Shown one piece after another: positions 38,845-48,777 of a DNA stretch of 64,000 nt (positions are counted from its first letter, which is position 1; each line of letters begins with the position of its first letter). The notes below the pieces were generated by a model. It did not search any database, had not been told where the DNA came from, and saw nothing but the letters and a program-made list of their open reading frames with translations. Source of the DNA: Bdellovibrio sp. (GTDB taxonomy: Bacteria; Bdellovibrionota; Bdellovibrionia; Bdellovibrionales; Bdellovibrionaceae); contig JAKFBS010000001.1 of NCBI GenBank assembly GCA_036677065.1, positions 732,336 to 796,335 on the forward strand, written 5' to 3'. Made by a program: the position numbers and the translations under genes.

Positions 38845-39933
38845 GTGAGATATTTATTATTTATTATAGCGTGTCTAATTGGATTAAGTGCTCAGGCTTT
38901 GGTGACTCCTTGGAGTTCATCTTTACCAAAAAAATCTAAATTTAAAGCCAATGCAGATTTGCGCGGTCGCGTAGATTTTTGGAAAAAAATCTATTCAGAT
39001 GTTTCAGAAAATGCGGGCTTATTTCACGATCCGGATTTTCCTGAATTTACTTTTGGTGAAATCAGCTGGGAACACATTCAAAATGATAAACGTTTAACGG
39101 CCTCTGAAAAAAAGAAAAAGATTAACGCTTTAATTCAGTATGAGCGCATTCGCTTGGCAGCTAAGCATAAAATTAAAGATTTAAAACGTTTACGCTTACA
39201 AACTGGTTTAAAAGAACGTATGCAAAAAGCGTTATTTTTATCAGGTCAATATTTACCGATGATGGAAGAAGTTTTTCGCAAAAAAAATCTTCCAATCGAA
39301 TTATCACGCCTGCCGTTTGTTGAAAGTTCATTTAATGTGAATGCTCAGTCTAAAGTGGGTGCGAGTGGCTTGTGGCAGATTATGCCATTCGTGGCGCGAC
39401 CTGAGGGCTATATCAAACGTTATTATGATAAGCGAAATCATCCGTATTATGCGACATTATTAGCTGCAGACATGCTAGGTGATAACTATCGCGCCTTAAA
39501 AAAATGGCCACTGGCAATTTCAGCTTACAATCATGGTTTGGGCGGAATCAAAAAAATGGTGCGCGTAAGCCAGTCAAATTATTTGCCAGATTTAATCGAT
39601 TCTGAAGACAGAACAAAAAGTTGGGGATTCGCCTCTGAAAATTTTTACGCCTGCTTTTTAGCCACATTAGAAGTCGAAAGAGAAGCCAAGTCTTTATTTG
39701 GTGATGATATTTTAAAAGCTCAACCGATGGCGATGAATCGTGTGGTCACGAAAAAAGCGACTCCTAAAAAAGAAGCTTTAAAATATTTCGATGGCAGTCT
39801 TGTCAAGATGAAGAAATACAACCCGCATTTAAATATGTCTGCTTTTAAAAAGACGAAAATGATTCCATCAGGTGTGCCCTTAATTTTGCCGAAAAAAGCC
39901 AGCACCAAGTTTTTTAAAACAGCTGGCCGATAA
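38845..39933 (+). CDS. Lytic transglycosylase (SLT, MltD-like)
   Basis: LPFVESSF, SKVGASGLWQIMP, AISAYNHG. Signal peptide. Confidence 0.9.
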   Translation: MRYLLFIIACLIGLSAQALVTPWSSSLPKKSKFKANADLRGRVDFWKKIYSDVSENAGLFHDPDFPEFTFGEISWEHIQNDKRLTASEKKKKINALIQYERIRLAAKHKIKDLKRLRLQTGLKERMQKALFLSGQYLPMMEEVFRKKNLPIELSRLPFVESSFNVNAQSKVGASGLWQIMPFVARPEGYIKRYYDKRNHPYYATLLAADMLGDNYRALKKWPLAISAYNHGLGGIKKMVRVSQSNYLPDLIDSEDRTKSWGFASENFYACFLATLEVEREAKSLFGDDILKAQPMAMNRVVTKKATPKKEALKYFDGSLVKMKKYNPHLNMSAFKKTKMIPSGVPLILPKKASTKFFKTAGR

Positions 39934-39935
39934 AA

Positions 39936-40382
39936 TTAAAGCAATGTTCCACAGTTTGATTTTAAATAGCGTCCTTTTTCAGGAAAACGAAAAAGTTTCG
40001 CCATTCTTTCGCAGGTCGCTTTTTTCATGTTTGCTTCAAATTGTGAGTAGCAGTTAAATAAAGCAGCGTCATGGTTTTCTGCATCGGTGAATAAACGTGC
40101 TTTGCCGACACAAGAATTTAAATTCGGAAATTCTGAAATATGATAAAAACAGTAAGAACGCACATTTTCTTTAATGTAGTTTGATTTAATGGCCTTAGCC
40201 TGATCAAAGCAGCTTGCAAGAGTCATATGTTTTGATGTTTTGCCTAAACACGCCTGAATCTCGTTAGGTTGATCATCTAGACACTTTTCTAACGAAGTGA
40301 TGCTAGTAAACCCTGTCGTTAATAACATGACTGTGGTCAGGATAACGGTTGATAGGGCGGTCTTAATATTACGGTGATTCAT
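39936..40382 (-). CDS. Secreted cysteine-rich repeat protein
   Basis: Signal peptide, 8 Cys, three ~33-aa C-x19-C units. Confidence 0.7.
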   Translation of the reverse strand: MNHRNIKTALSTVILTTVMLLTTGFTSITSLEKCLDDQPNEIQACLGKTSKHMTLASCFDQAKAIKSNYIKENVRSYCFYHISEFPNLNSCVGKARLFTDAENHDAALFNCYSQFEANMKKATCERMAKLFRFPEKGRYLKSNCGTLL

Positions 40383-40406
40383 TACGTCCAACATACTTTT
40401 GGATTT

Positions 40407-40422
40407 TGCATGAAACGTTCCA
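40407..40422 (-). promoter_or_regulatory. Sigma54-like promoter
   Basis: Minus strand TGGAACGTTTCATGCA (GG-N10-GC), 25 nt upstream of ATG 40382. Confidence 0.55.
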
Positions 40423-40577
40423 TGTTGAAACAGCATTAGTTGCTTATGGGCGTTTTAACCATAGTACGGCTTTAGACAGTGGCCAAGAATTGTCAGTCAT
40501 AGTGTTAAATCTTTACGTCAGATCAAATATATTAGATTTCGCTGTGAATGTGCCTGTTTTTTGAGTATTACAGAGGC

Positions 40578-41741
40578 ATGAACACAGTTACTAGAAGCCT
40601 TTTGGGGTTATTCACCATTTCAATTTTTATGATCTCGTTCGCTGAAGCGAAAGGGGAAAAAGCCGCGCCCTCATTGCTGGCCAGAACTTCTTCCGAGGCA
40701 TTTCAGAACTTTGAAAAAGACGGTCTCAATAATTCGCAAGTCGCTTTGGATTATTTATTTTTAAAACTTGAGAAAAAACAAAACTTTCAACTTTTAACAG
40801 ATGCAGAGCTAGAAACATTACAGTTTAACGTGTTAACGCAAAAAGTCCTGTCTTTCGTTAACCGTTCGAATTTAGCATTTACACTTCCGATCAATTATAA
40901 ATTGCGTAAACAAATGCAATTCGAATTTTATGGTTTAAGTCAGGCGATTAAAAAAGCTAATGAATTAAACTTAACGGTGCAATCAGAGCACTTTGATAAA
41001 CTGCATGACATGTTAATGGGGCAAAGCTCTAGCCTTTTCTATGCGTCGGCTAAAGATAAGAAAAAAACGGATTTATTTTTAACAGCTTATTATTTGCATG
41101 AACTTGAATATCCCATGGATATGACAGCTCGCCATTTAGAGGCCTTAAAGAAAACCTCTAAATGGAATTTCAATACAAAGGTGTACGCTTCTAAAATTGC
41201 CCGTTTATCATTACAGGGTGGCGTGCAGCTAAATAACAAATTAACTTCGAAACAAACTGATATCTTGTATGAAGCAAGTTTACTTACGTCTCTAGATGAC
41301 AAAGCTAAACAGAACATTCAAAAAATGTATTTAAAACAACTTACGATGATTGGTGACCAAGAAAGAATTAAAGAAGTTAAGCGTGAGCTGGCTTCAAATA
41401 TTTTATGGCAAGAAACCAGAAATGTATTTTTTCATCCGTTAGATATTTTTAAGTATATCCAATTTTGCGTAGGTTATATTTTTATCGCTTGGCCGTTAGA
41501 AGTGATTTTAATCGTGGTTTCGATTTTGATTTTTGGTTTTCAGGCTTCTTCGGTGTTAACCGACGAGGAGAAAAGTAAAAAGTCTTTCTGGAAAAAAGTA
41601 TGGCTGGTATTTCAGAAGGCGTATCTTGGAAGTAACGTGCCATTTTTTACTAAGCTTGCGGCATCGTTAATTTTATTCGGAGTAGGTCTCTACTTCAATT
41701 CTGCGAAGAATTTCGTAGAGACCATGATTACAAATCTTTAG
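40578..41741 (+). CDS. Hypothetical protein with signal peptide and C-terminal TM helices
   Basis: GAGG RBS, AEA cleavage site, helical body, C-terminal hydrophobic segments. Confidence 0.7.
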   Translation: MNTVTRSLLGLFTISIFMISFAEAKGEKAAPSLLARTSSEAFQNFEKDGLNNSQVALDYLFLKLEKKQNFQLLTDAELETLQFNVLTQKVLSFVNRSNLAFTLPINYKLRKQMQFEFYGLSQAIKKANELNLTVQSEHFDKLHDMLMGQSSSLFYASAKDKKKTDLFLTAYYLHELEYPMDMTARHLEALKKTSKWNFNTKVYASKIARLSLQGGVQLNNKLTSKQTDILYEASLLTSLDDKAKQNIQKMYLKQLTMIGDQERIKEVKRELASNILWQETRNVFFHPLDIFKYIQFCVGYIFIAWPLEVILIVVSILIFGFQASSVLTDEEKSKKSFWKKVWLVFQKAYLGSNVPFFTKLAASLILFGVGLYFNSAKNFVETMITNL

Positions 41742-41762
41742 GGGCTATGAGGCCCCTGGTTG

Positions 41763-43040
41763 TTATGGATTCGGTGTTGGGCTAATAGGCCCAATACTTA
41801 CAGCAATCGTGCGGTATGGGTTATCCGCGTAGTCTAATAAGTATAAACAAGGCTCAACATTCTTATTAAATACCGGTTGGATCACGCCGGCTCCCGGATA
41901 GAAACCACCACCACCGAAGCCTCCTGAATTTGCAGAAGGATCTAATTCAAATGTGAACGAAAAAATTTTGTGTTCGCCGTAAGCCCAATCTGTTGTATCA
42001 CCGCTAGCGATATAAAGATCAGAAGCTTGTTGTGGTGCGTACTTGTTCCATTCGGCCATTTTTTTGGCCATAGTTTCATGAACTTTTAAATCATTGCCCG
42101 TTTCGATGCTGTCATATTTGTGACCCCATGGATAAAGAATCAACTGCGAATACGTATGAAACGAAAGTAAGATTGAAATATTCGTGTGAGCTTCAACGTA
42201 ATTTTTAATATTCAGAGTTTCTGGCTCAGAGAATGGTTTTGTTCCCATATACGTGTCGTTATTCGGATTCGTTGAAGAACCGCCAGTGCCCCATTTAAAA
42301 CTATAATTACGATTTAAATCTGTACCGAAAGTTCCGTTAGCATTCTTTGAACGGTTTTTTCTCCACATTTTGTAGCTGCCATCCTGAATGTCGTATTCGG
42401 CGCCATCAGGATTTACCATAGGAACAATATGGATATCACGGTTGTTCATTAAGCCAACAATACGCTCGTTGCCAGCTTTATATTGATTCACTAAATACTG
42501 CGCTAACATCAATGGCATTTCCATTGATAAATGTTCGCGGGCATGATGTCCGCCCATGTAAATCACCGCTGGTTTTTCTGAAGCGTGCGATTGATCAGCA
42601 CCTAAGCGCAGAACCCATGTTTCACGGCCTTCAGTCGATTTGCCGATTGAAGCCATTGTAACTAATGTCGGATTTTCGTTAGCTAGCTTAGTTAGCTCAG
42701 CCGTCATTTCAGCGTAGTTATGAAAAGCTGAATCTTTTTGCGGAAAATCTTTTCCACCAAAACGTGCTTCATCGGCTAAGTTTGAATAAGAAATTAACCA
42801 ACCTAGTTTTTGAATTTTCTTTAAATCATCGTCGTTACCAAAAGCTACGACATAATCGTCTTTCGCATTTTCGATACCTACGATGTTAGCAATGACCGAG
42901 CGTTCGAATTTATCTTTAGCGCGGATTTTCATCCAGTAACGTTGGTTTGAAGTTGATTGCGCGAATTGCACAACAGAAACTGCGATTAAAATCACAGCGG
43001 CTAACAACGCCGATTTTTTGATGTTGAACTTGACTGACAT
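41763..43040 (-). CDS. Secreted M14 zinc carboxypeptidase (carboxypeptidase T-like)
   Basis: HHARE, NPDG, WRKNR, DLNRN, PFSEPE, HTYSQ, FTFEL. Confidence 0.93.
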   Translation of the reverse strand: MSVKFNIKKSALLAAVILIAVSVVQFAQSTSNQRYWMKIRAKDKFERSVIANIVGIENAKDDYVVAFGNDDDLKKIQKLGWLISYSNLADEARFGGKDFPQKDSAFHNYAEMTAELTKLANENPTLVTMASIGKSTEGRETWVLRLGADQSHASEKPAVIYMGGHHAREHLSMEMPLMLAQYLVNQYKAGNERIVGLMNNRDIHIVPMVNPDGAEYDIQDGSYKMWRKNRSKNANGTFGTDLNRNYSFKWGTGGSSTNPNNDTYMGTKPFSEPETLNIKNYVEAHTNISILLSFHTYSQLILYPWGHKYDSIETGNDLKVHETMAKKMAEWNKYAPQQASDLYIASGDTTDWAYGEHKIFSFTFELDPSANSGGFGGGGFYPGAGVIQPVFNKNVEPCLYLLDYADNPYRTIAVSIGPISPTPNP

Positions 43041-43128
43041 TATGATCCCTTCCGTGGGTGATAATAGTTAGTTTGTTTATAAACTTAACTATTACGGTAG
43101 CACGAAAGTCCAGCCTGTCTAGTAAACT

Positions 43129-43464
43129 TTAGTTTGATTGGTTAGAAAAAAGAATATGCGTCAGTTTATCTTGAAGTTCTTCACGCTTTAAAAACGTGAC
43201 GCCAACACCTAGACCTTTGGCCCAGATGACCTCACAGTCCACAACGTGAACTCGATTTAAACTGCGTAAATTAATTGTGACGCGAGCAATGTCGCCTTTT
43301 TTCACTATGAAATTTGGGCTTAATACCTCAAAAAAGGCGCCAGAAGCAGAAAGGTTACCCATCTTAGTAAAGATTTTTCCACCCTTACCATAGATTTCTA
43401 TATGAGCTAATTCTTGTGTGACAAAGCGGCGGGCTACTTGTTGATTTGTGTTTTGATTATTCAT
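43129..43464 (-). CDS. Stand-alone PilZ-domain protein (degenerate RxxxR)
   Basis: NLSASGAFF, CEVIW, GVGVTF. GGGAG RBS. Confidence 0.8.
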   Translation of the reverse strand: MNNQNTNQQVARRFVTQELAHIEIYGKGGKIFTKMGNLSASGAFFEVLSPNFIVKKGDIARVTINLRSLNRVHVVDCEVIWAKGLGVGVTFLKREELQDKLTHILFSNQSN

Positions 43465-43498
43465 AACTGCTCCCAATGACCGAATACGTATATAGTTT

Positions 43499-43526
43499 AA
43501 ATCGGTTTTTCTAAGAGCAATATTAA
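43499..43526 (-). promoter_or_regulatory. Sigma28-like promoter
   Basis: Minus strand TTAA-N16-ACCGATTT upstream of the PilZ gene. Confidence 0.55.
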
Positions 43527-43552
43527 ATTTTTTTTATTGTAACAATCGTCAA

Positions 43553-44050
43553 TTATTTCGACGTTTTTGCCCAGATTTCATAAGCTAGACCAGGATGAAC
43601 CTCTGACATTTGGCGATTTCGCAAAGAAAAGCCCTCACTAAAGTTAGCAGGATAAAACGTATCGCCATCAAACTGGCCTGGGATGCGCGTCACATAGAGC
43701 AGGTCGCATTGAAGCCGAGTTTGCATATAAATTTCAGCCCCACCGACAACCATGACTTCTTCGGGGTATTCGCCAATTTTAGTTTTAGCAAATTCGATGG
43801 CTTCAGCAATGGTCTGCACAAAGTGAACATTCGGAAATTTAGATTTTAAAGGCGTGCGTGAAATCACAATGTGAAATCTTTTAGGTAAGGGTTTACCCAA
43901 TGAATCGTAAGTTTTACGACCCATGATCATGATTTTACCCAAGGTTTGAGTCTTAAAGTATTTTAAATCTTCAGGAAAGTGCCACAAAAGTTTATTGTCT
44001 TTACCAATGGCAAAGTTTTCTGATGTGGCAACGATTTGCGATAAGATCAT
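43553..44050 (-). CDS. folA: Dihydrofolate reductase
   Basis: IGKDNKLLW, DLKYFK, MGRKT, PLPKR, GGAEIY, GDTFYP. Confidence 0.96.
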   Translation of the reverse strand: MILSQIVATSENFAIGKDNKLLWHFPEDLKYFKTQTLGKIMIMGRKTYDSLGKPLPKRFHIVISRTPLKSKFPNVHFVQTIAEAIEFAKTKIGEYPEEVMVVGGAEIYMQTRLQCDLLYVTRIPGQFDGDTFYPANFSEGFSLRNRQMSEVHPGLAYEIWAKTSK

Positions 44051-44844
44051 TAAATAGCAACCTCGCCCTTAATTGCAGGGTGTGGATCATAACCTACGAT
44101 TTCAATGTCTTCGTATTTAAAATCAAAAATGCTTTTTACATTGGGATTTAATTTTAATTTCGGAAGTGGTCTGCATTCGCGCGACAATTGTAATTTCACT
44201 TGGTCTAAGTGATTTGAATAAATGTGGGCATCACCCAGCGTATGAATAAATTCACCCACTTCAAGATTACAAACCTGAGCCACCATATGAACTAAAAGCG
44301 CATAACTTGCAATATTGAACGGAACACCTAAAAAGATATCCGCACTTCGCTGGTAAAGTTGGCAAGAAAGTTTTCCGTCGGCCACATAAAATTGAAAAAA
44401 TGCATGGCAAGGTGGTAAAGCCATTTTGTTAATATCAGCAGGGTTGAAAGCCACAACTAACAAACGGCGAGAATCTGGATTTTTTTTAATTTCTTCAATC
44501 ACATTGCTGAATTGATCAATCGTTGTTCCATCAGCGCCTTCCCATGAACGCCATTGTTTACCGTACACGGGGCCTAGATCGCCATTTTCATCAGCCCATT
44601 CATCCCAGATAGAAACTTTATTGTCTTTTAAATATTTGATATTTGTTTCGCCTTTGATGAACCATAAAAGTTCATGAAAGATCGAACGCGTATGAAGTTT
44701 TTTAGTGGTTAAAAGAGGAAAACCTTTTTGCAGATCGAAACGCATTTGATAACCAAACACGCTGATCGTGCCTGTGCCTGTGCGGTCTGATTTTACTGTG
44801 CCTTCAGTTAAGACGTGACGTAGAAGATCGTGGTATTGTTTCAT
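44050..44844 (-). CDS. thyA: Thymidylate synthase
   Basis: [37 protein letters not shown]. Confidence 0.98.
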   Translation of the reverse strand: MKQYHDLLRHVLTEGTVKSDRTGTGTISVFGYQMRFDLQKGFPLLTTKKLHTRSIFHELLWFIKGETNIKYLKDNKVSIWDEWADENGDLGPVYGKQWRSWEGADGTTIDQFSNVIEEIKKNPDSRRLLVVAFNPADINKMALPPCHAFFQFYVADGKLSCQLYQRSADIFLGVPFNIASYALLVHMVAQVCNLEVGEFIHTLGDAHIYSNHLDQVKLQLSRECRPLPKLKLNPNVKSIFDFKYEDIEIVGYDPHPAIKGEVAI

Positions 44845-44924
44845 CGGGATAACCTCTCTCTATGAAATTATCCGTGAAAACTAGCGCTGCTGTCGAGAAG
44901 ACCGCAACGCACTATTAAAAAAAA

Positions 44925-45149
44925 TTACTTATTTTTTTTATCTTTCTTTTTAAGCTTTTTCGCACGGACTGCGGCTTTGCTGACCGCTGCCGTTTGTTCA
45001 GTCGTAGGTTTTACGATTGTGCCTTTAATATCTTCAACTTTTTCCTTAACCTCTTGGTTAGGTTGTTGAGGAGTCGTCGCCACTGGCGGATCAACAGCTA
45101 AAGCTGATACAGAAAATGCTAAAACAAGAGCTGATATAAATAATTTCAT
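44925..45149 (-). CDS. Small secreted protein with Lys-rich tail
   Basis: AGGAG RBS, signal peptide MKLFISALVLAFSVSALA. Confidence 0.7.
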   Translation of the reverse strand: MKLFISALVLAFSVSALAVDPPVATTPQQPNQEVKEKVEDIKGTIVKPTTEQTAAVSKAAVRAKKLKKKDKKNK

Positions 45150-45159
45150 AAGACTTCTC

Positions 45160-45696
45160 CTATTGAAAGTTTTGAACTTGAGCAATGTAGGGAAGATTAC
45201 GGTAGTAACCTTGGTAGTCTAAACCGTAACCTACAACGAATTCATTCGTGATTTGGAAACCAACGTAATCCAGTTTACATGGAACTTTTAACGCTTCAGG
45301 TTTTTCTAATAAAGTGACGGTAGTCACAGAAGCCGGGTTACGTGATTCGATAGATTTTTTTAAGTAGTTCATAGTTAGACCCGTATCTACGATGTCTTCA
45401 ACTAAAATCACATGAACACCTTCGATCGGGCTAGAAAGATCTAAAGTAACTTTCACTTCGCCAGAAGAAGTCGTTCCGCCGTGGTAGCTTGATACGCCGA
45501 AAAATTCACACGTGATGTCAGTGTTAATTTGACGAATTAAATCAGAGTAAAATAAAAATGAACCTTTTAGAACACAAACTGCGACAACTTTTTGGCCCTT
45601 AAATTTCGCCGTTAATTGTTCGCCGATTTGTTTTACTTTCTCTTGGATTTTTTCTTCAGAGATATAAGATTTCAGATTTAAGCTCTTTGGATTCAT
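45160..45696 (-). CDS. hpt: Hypoxanthine phosphoribosyltransferase
   Basis: VLKGS, SSY, VEDIVDTGLT, FVVGYGLDY, YRNLPYI. Confidence 0.96.
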   Translation of the reverse strand: MNPKSLNLKSYISEEKIQEKVKQIGEQLTAKFKGQKVVAVCVLKGSFLFYSDLIRQINTDITCEFFGVSSYHGGTTSSGEVKVTLDLSSPIEGVHVILVEDIVDTGLTMNYLKKSIESRNPASVTTVTLLEKPEALKVPCKLDYVGFQITNEFVVGYGLDYQGYYRNLPYIAQVQNFQ

Positions 45697-45706
45697 GCGC
45701 CAGTCC

Positions 45707-46465
45707 TTACACAAAAGAATTATTTAATAACTCACCAAGGCCACCGGCCCCAGGAATAATGTATTGCTTTTCATTCAACCCTTTTTCTTGGTCCCAGTAA
45801 AGGCCTAAAGGTGATTTTAAGACGTGCGCCGGAGATAAGCCGCGGTCTACGCGCAGAGCAAAAACCTGCAATGGGGCTTTAATAGATTGAATTCTTTTTA
45901 AGTACTCAGGAGTCACAATCAAGTGCAGGGCGATATAGCCTTTAGCGGGACCTTGTACTTCATTTCGGTAGTACTCAATAGCCGTTTCGATAGTGCCGCC
46001 GGTCGCTCCCATCGGATCCGGAAATAACACATAACTGTTTTCAATACTCCCGCCGATTTTAAAGCTGCCTAGGTTCGTTCCTGTCACGGTTTGACTTGAA
46101 TCAGTACTGCGGGCCGCAAAGATATGATCTTGTCTTACATTTTCAGCATTTAAGAACCAGTGTAGATATTCATAGCAAATATGACTTGGGTAAGTGCCGG
46201 CACGGGCTAAATTTACAGTGACGGCTTTTGTGTTAAAAGCCAATGTTTCGGCCGTTAGAGTTTCACCCATGCGGGTTTTTACTTCGGCCGTAGTTTTTGG
46301 AAATAATGTATTGGCCGTATGAACAATTAAACCATTGTAGATCAATTGCACTAAACGATTAATTTGCGGCTGCGCGGTTTTGACTTGGCAAAGTTCAGTC
46401 AATAAAGTTTGTAAAAACGGGTCATCGATTAAATGAAAATTTGGGCCATAGTGATGTTCTTGCAT
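45707..46465 (-). CDS. upp: Uracil phosphoribosyltransferase-like protein
   Basis: LARAG, DPMGATGGT, LNEKQYIIPGAG. Divergent member of the family. Confidence 0.75.
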   Translation of the reverse strand: MQEHHYGPNFHLIDDPFLQTLLTELCQVKTAQPQINRLVQLIYNGLIVHTANTLFPKTTAEVKTRMGETLTAETLAFNTKAVTVNLARAGTYPSHICYEYLHWFLNAENVRQDHIFAARSTDSSQTVTGTNLGSFKIGGSIENSYVLFPDPMGATGGTIETAIEYYRNEVQGPAKGYIALHLIVTPEYLKRIQSIKAPLQVFALRVDRGLSPAHVLKSPLGLYWDQEKGLNEKQYIIPGAGGLGELLNNSFV

Positions 46466-46474
46466 GTAAATTAA

Positions 46475-47410
46475 TTACTGCAGTTCAACGATGATGGCAA
46501 AAGTTGTTTTTTGATTGCGGTAGTCAGACGATTTAAGAATTCTAAACGGCGACATATTCGCTAAATCGTTTTCGAATTCAAAATAGGTTAATAAAGGGTG
46601 CCCGGCGATATATAAACGTTCACCTTTGCGCAAAGTGAATTCCAGCGGAATTTGCAAACTGTCGTTAGGATGAATTTTGTTCAGTTGCAAGCGTATTGAA
46701 TAGGTATTTTCATTGATTGCAACAAGAGTCATGCTGATATTGAAGCCGCGGTTAGCTGTGCCGTAGTTTTTTCTGGCGATTTGGTTAAGTTCAAGCAGCA
46801 TGCTATCTGCAGGTGGTTTTTGAGCTGGCGAATCAGCAGAGGCCGGTTCAATAAAAATTTTAATTTCACTATCTTGAATGATTGAATTCGCTGCGAAAGC
46901 TTTTTGCATCACAGAATTGATGTAATCATTATCAGATTCGGTCATTTGTATGGCGACTGAAACATTTTGTGTTGCCGAGACAGGAATTAATCCTTGTGTT
47001 GTCGGCGAAGCTGTTGCCGCAGCAGTAGCTGCAGTCGCGGTGGTCTCTGCTTCGCCTGTTCGGGCGGCCCAAGTGTTGGCAGCTGCTGGGGGAGCTTCAA
47101 AATCTGCAGCGTCTTCTGCTATTCCAGCTTCAGTGTTTTGTGCCGTCGATGTTGGTTGCGTGTTCGGAATCACCGAAGCAAAGCGATTAATCCGTTGAAT
47201 CCACTGTTGCGGTCGATCAGTGCGGATTACAAACCACGTTACGCCAACGCCTAAAATAATTACCATGATGAATTGAAACAACCCGCTTTTTGCTAATTTA
47301 GTTAAGATAGGTTCTTCTTTGGGTTTAAACGCAAGCATATCCACACCGCAACTGGCGCAGTATTGATCTTGGGGTTGTCTAAAATGGCAGCGTGGACATT
47401 CTACAAGCAC
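46475..47410 (-). CDS. Hypothetical zinc-ribbon/TM/periplasmic-domain protein
   Basis: N-terminal CPRC..CASCG, one TM, A/T/P-rich linker. Confidence 0.7.
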   Translation of the reverse strand: MLVECPRCHFRQPQDQYCASCGVDMLAFKPKEEPILTKLAKSGLFQFIMVIILGVGVTWFVIRTDRPQQWIQRINRFASVIPNTQPTSTAQNTEAGIAEDAADFEAPPAAANTWAARTGEAETTATAATAAATASPTTQGLIPVSATQNVSVAIQMTESDNDYINSVMQKAFAANSIIQDSEIKIFIEPASADSPAQKPPADSMLLELNQIARKNYGTANRGFNISMTLVAINENTYSIRLQLNKIHPNDSLQIPLEFTLRKGERLYIAGHPLLTYFEFENDLANMSPFRILKSSDYRNQKTTFAIIVELQ

Positions 47411-47492
47411 GCCATAGTTTAATGTATTCTGTCTTGACCGACAAATAAGCGAATTTTACACTCAGGCCCAAAGTCTGGGTAAAGGGGTTATT

Positions 47493-48410
47493 TTGCACCA
47501 TCATGTGCCGGTTTTAGCAGAAGAAGTGATTGCGGCGTTCGATTCATTGAAATCGAAGAAGGATCTATCGTATTTTGATGGCACGTTTGGGCGTGGTGGA
47601 CATTACAAATTATTAAAAGATAACTATAATATTTCAAAAGCCGTTGCCACCGATCAGGATTTGCAAGCCATCGCCTTTGCTAAAGAAAATTTTCCAGAAG
47701 TTATAATTCATCATACTAATTTCAATACCTTCGCAGAAACTAACACCGAAAAATTCGACATGATGTTAGCCGATCTTGGAGTAAGTTCGCCGCAACTTGA
47801 TCAGGCCGATCGCGGATTTAGTTTTAATAAAGATGGTCCGCTAGATATGCGCATGAATCAAAATCAAAACATGACAGCCGCGCGAATCATAAATGAATTC
47901 ACTGAAGATGATTTATTTAAACTTTTTCGGGAGTTCGGTGAAATTCAGAATCCCGCACGCGTGATTAGGGCTATCGTCGAGGATAGAAAAACAACGCCTT
48001 TCACAACTACGATGCAACTATCTGGATTGATTGAAAGAGTTGATGGCTGGCATAAGAAGGGCTTCAATCCTGCCACTCAATATTTCATGGCCCTAAGACT
48101 AGTGGTGAATCAGGAATTACATGTTGTTGAAGAAGGCATTAAGCAATTGATGCTGCAGTTAACTGACGGCGGTCGCTTAGCCGTAATTTCTTTTCACTCA
48201 CTTGAAGATCGCATAATTAAAAATTTATTTAAGGACTCAGATCTAGGTTTTTCTGTGAATAAAAAAGTCATTGTTCCCTCTGAAGAAGAGTGCAAAACTA
48301 ATCCTAGGGCGCGGAGCGCCAAATTGCGGATCTTTCAAAGAGGTCCACAACCGGAGAAGCCGGACAAGTTTGCGTTACGCAGAATGCAGCGCGAACAGAA
48401 CGACAACTAG
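47493..48410 (+). CDS. rsmH: 16S rRNA (cytosine1402-N4)-methyltransferase
   Basis: HVPVL, DGTFGRGGH, DLGVSSPQLD, GPLDMRM, SFHSLEDR, NPRARSAKLR. Confidence 0.96.
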   Translation: MHHHVPVLAEEVIAAFDSLKSKKDLSYFDGTFGRGGHYKLLKDNYNISKAVATDQDLQAIAFAKENFPEVIIHHTNFNTFAETNTEKFDMMLADLGVSSPQLDQADRGFSFNKDGPLDMRMNQNQNMTAARIINEFTEDDLFKLFREFGEIQNPARVIRAIVEDRKTTPFTTTMQLSGLIERVDGWHKKGFNPATQYFMALRLVVNQELHVVEEGIKQLMLQLTDGGRLAVISFHSLEDRIIKNLFKDSDLGFSVNKKVIVPSEEECKTNPRARSAKLRIFQRGPQPEKPDKFALRRMQREQNDN

Positions 48411-48459
48411 ACTGGTTAATTGCGATTGCTTCGCAATTCCATTACAGCAGAGGTCAAGG

Positions 48460-48777
48460 ATGAGCTCAGAGCATGTAAGGCAGTTAAAGCCTTTTTTAAG
48501 TGTATTTTTTGTTATTGCTACGTTATTCACAGTCGTGTTTTTAAAAATGGAAGAACGCCGTATGTCTTACGTCGTTTTAAAAAACACCCGCGAATTCAAA
48601 AAAAATAAAGAAATGAAAAAGCAAAAAGAAATTCAACTAGCGAAGTTGACGCGCCCGCAGTTAGTTGAAAATACCGCAAAACAAAGGCTTACGCTAAAAC
48701 GCGCCACCCAAGCCCAGATCATTCATTTAAATCCATCAGTATCACTAAGCTATTTGAATAAAGAGGGGCGTCCTTGA
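48460..48777 (+). CDS. ftsL: FtsL-like cell division protein
   Basis: Short cytoplasmic N-terminus, TM, coiled coil. Sits between rsmH and ftsI. Confidence 0.65.
   Translation: MSSEHVRQLKPFLSVFFVIATLFTVVFLKMEERRMSYVVLKNTREFKKNKEMKKQKEIQLAKLTRPQLVENTAKQRLTLKRATQAQIIHLNPSVSLSYLNKEGRP

Noticed and set aside
41740..41757. AGGGGC-tatgag-GCCCCT hairpin between convergent genes
   Set aside because: Only a 6-bp stem with no clear U-tract. Possible weak terminator but unsupported.
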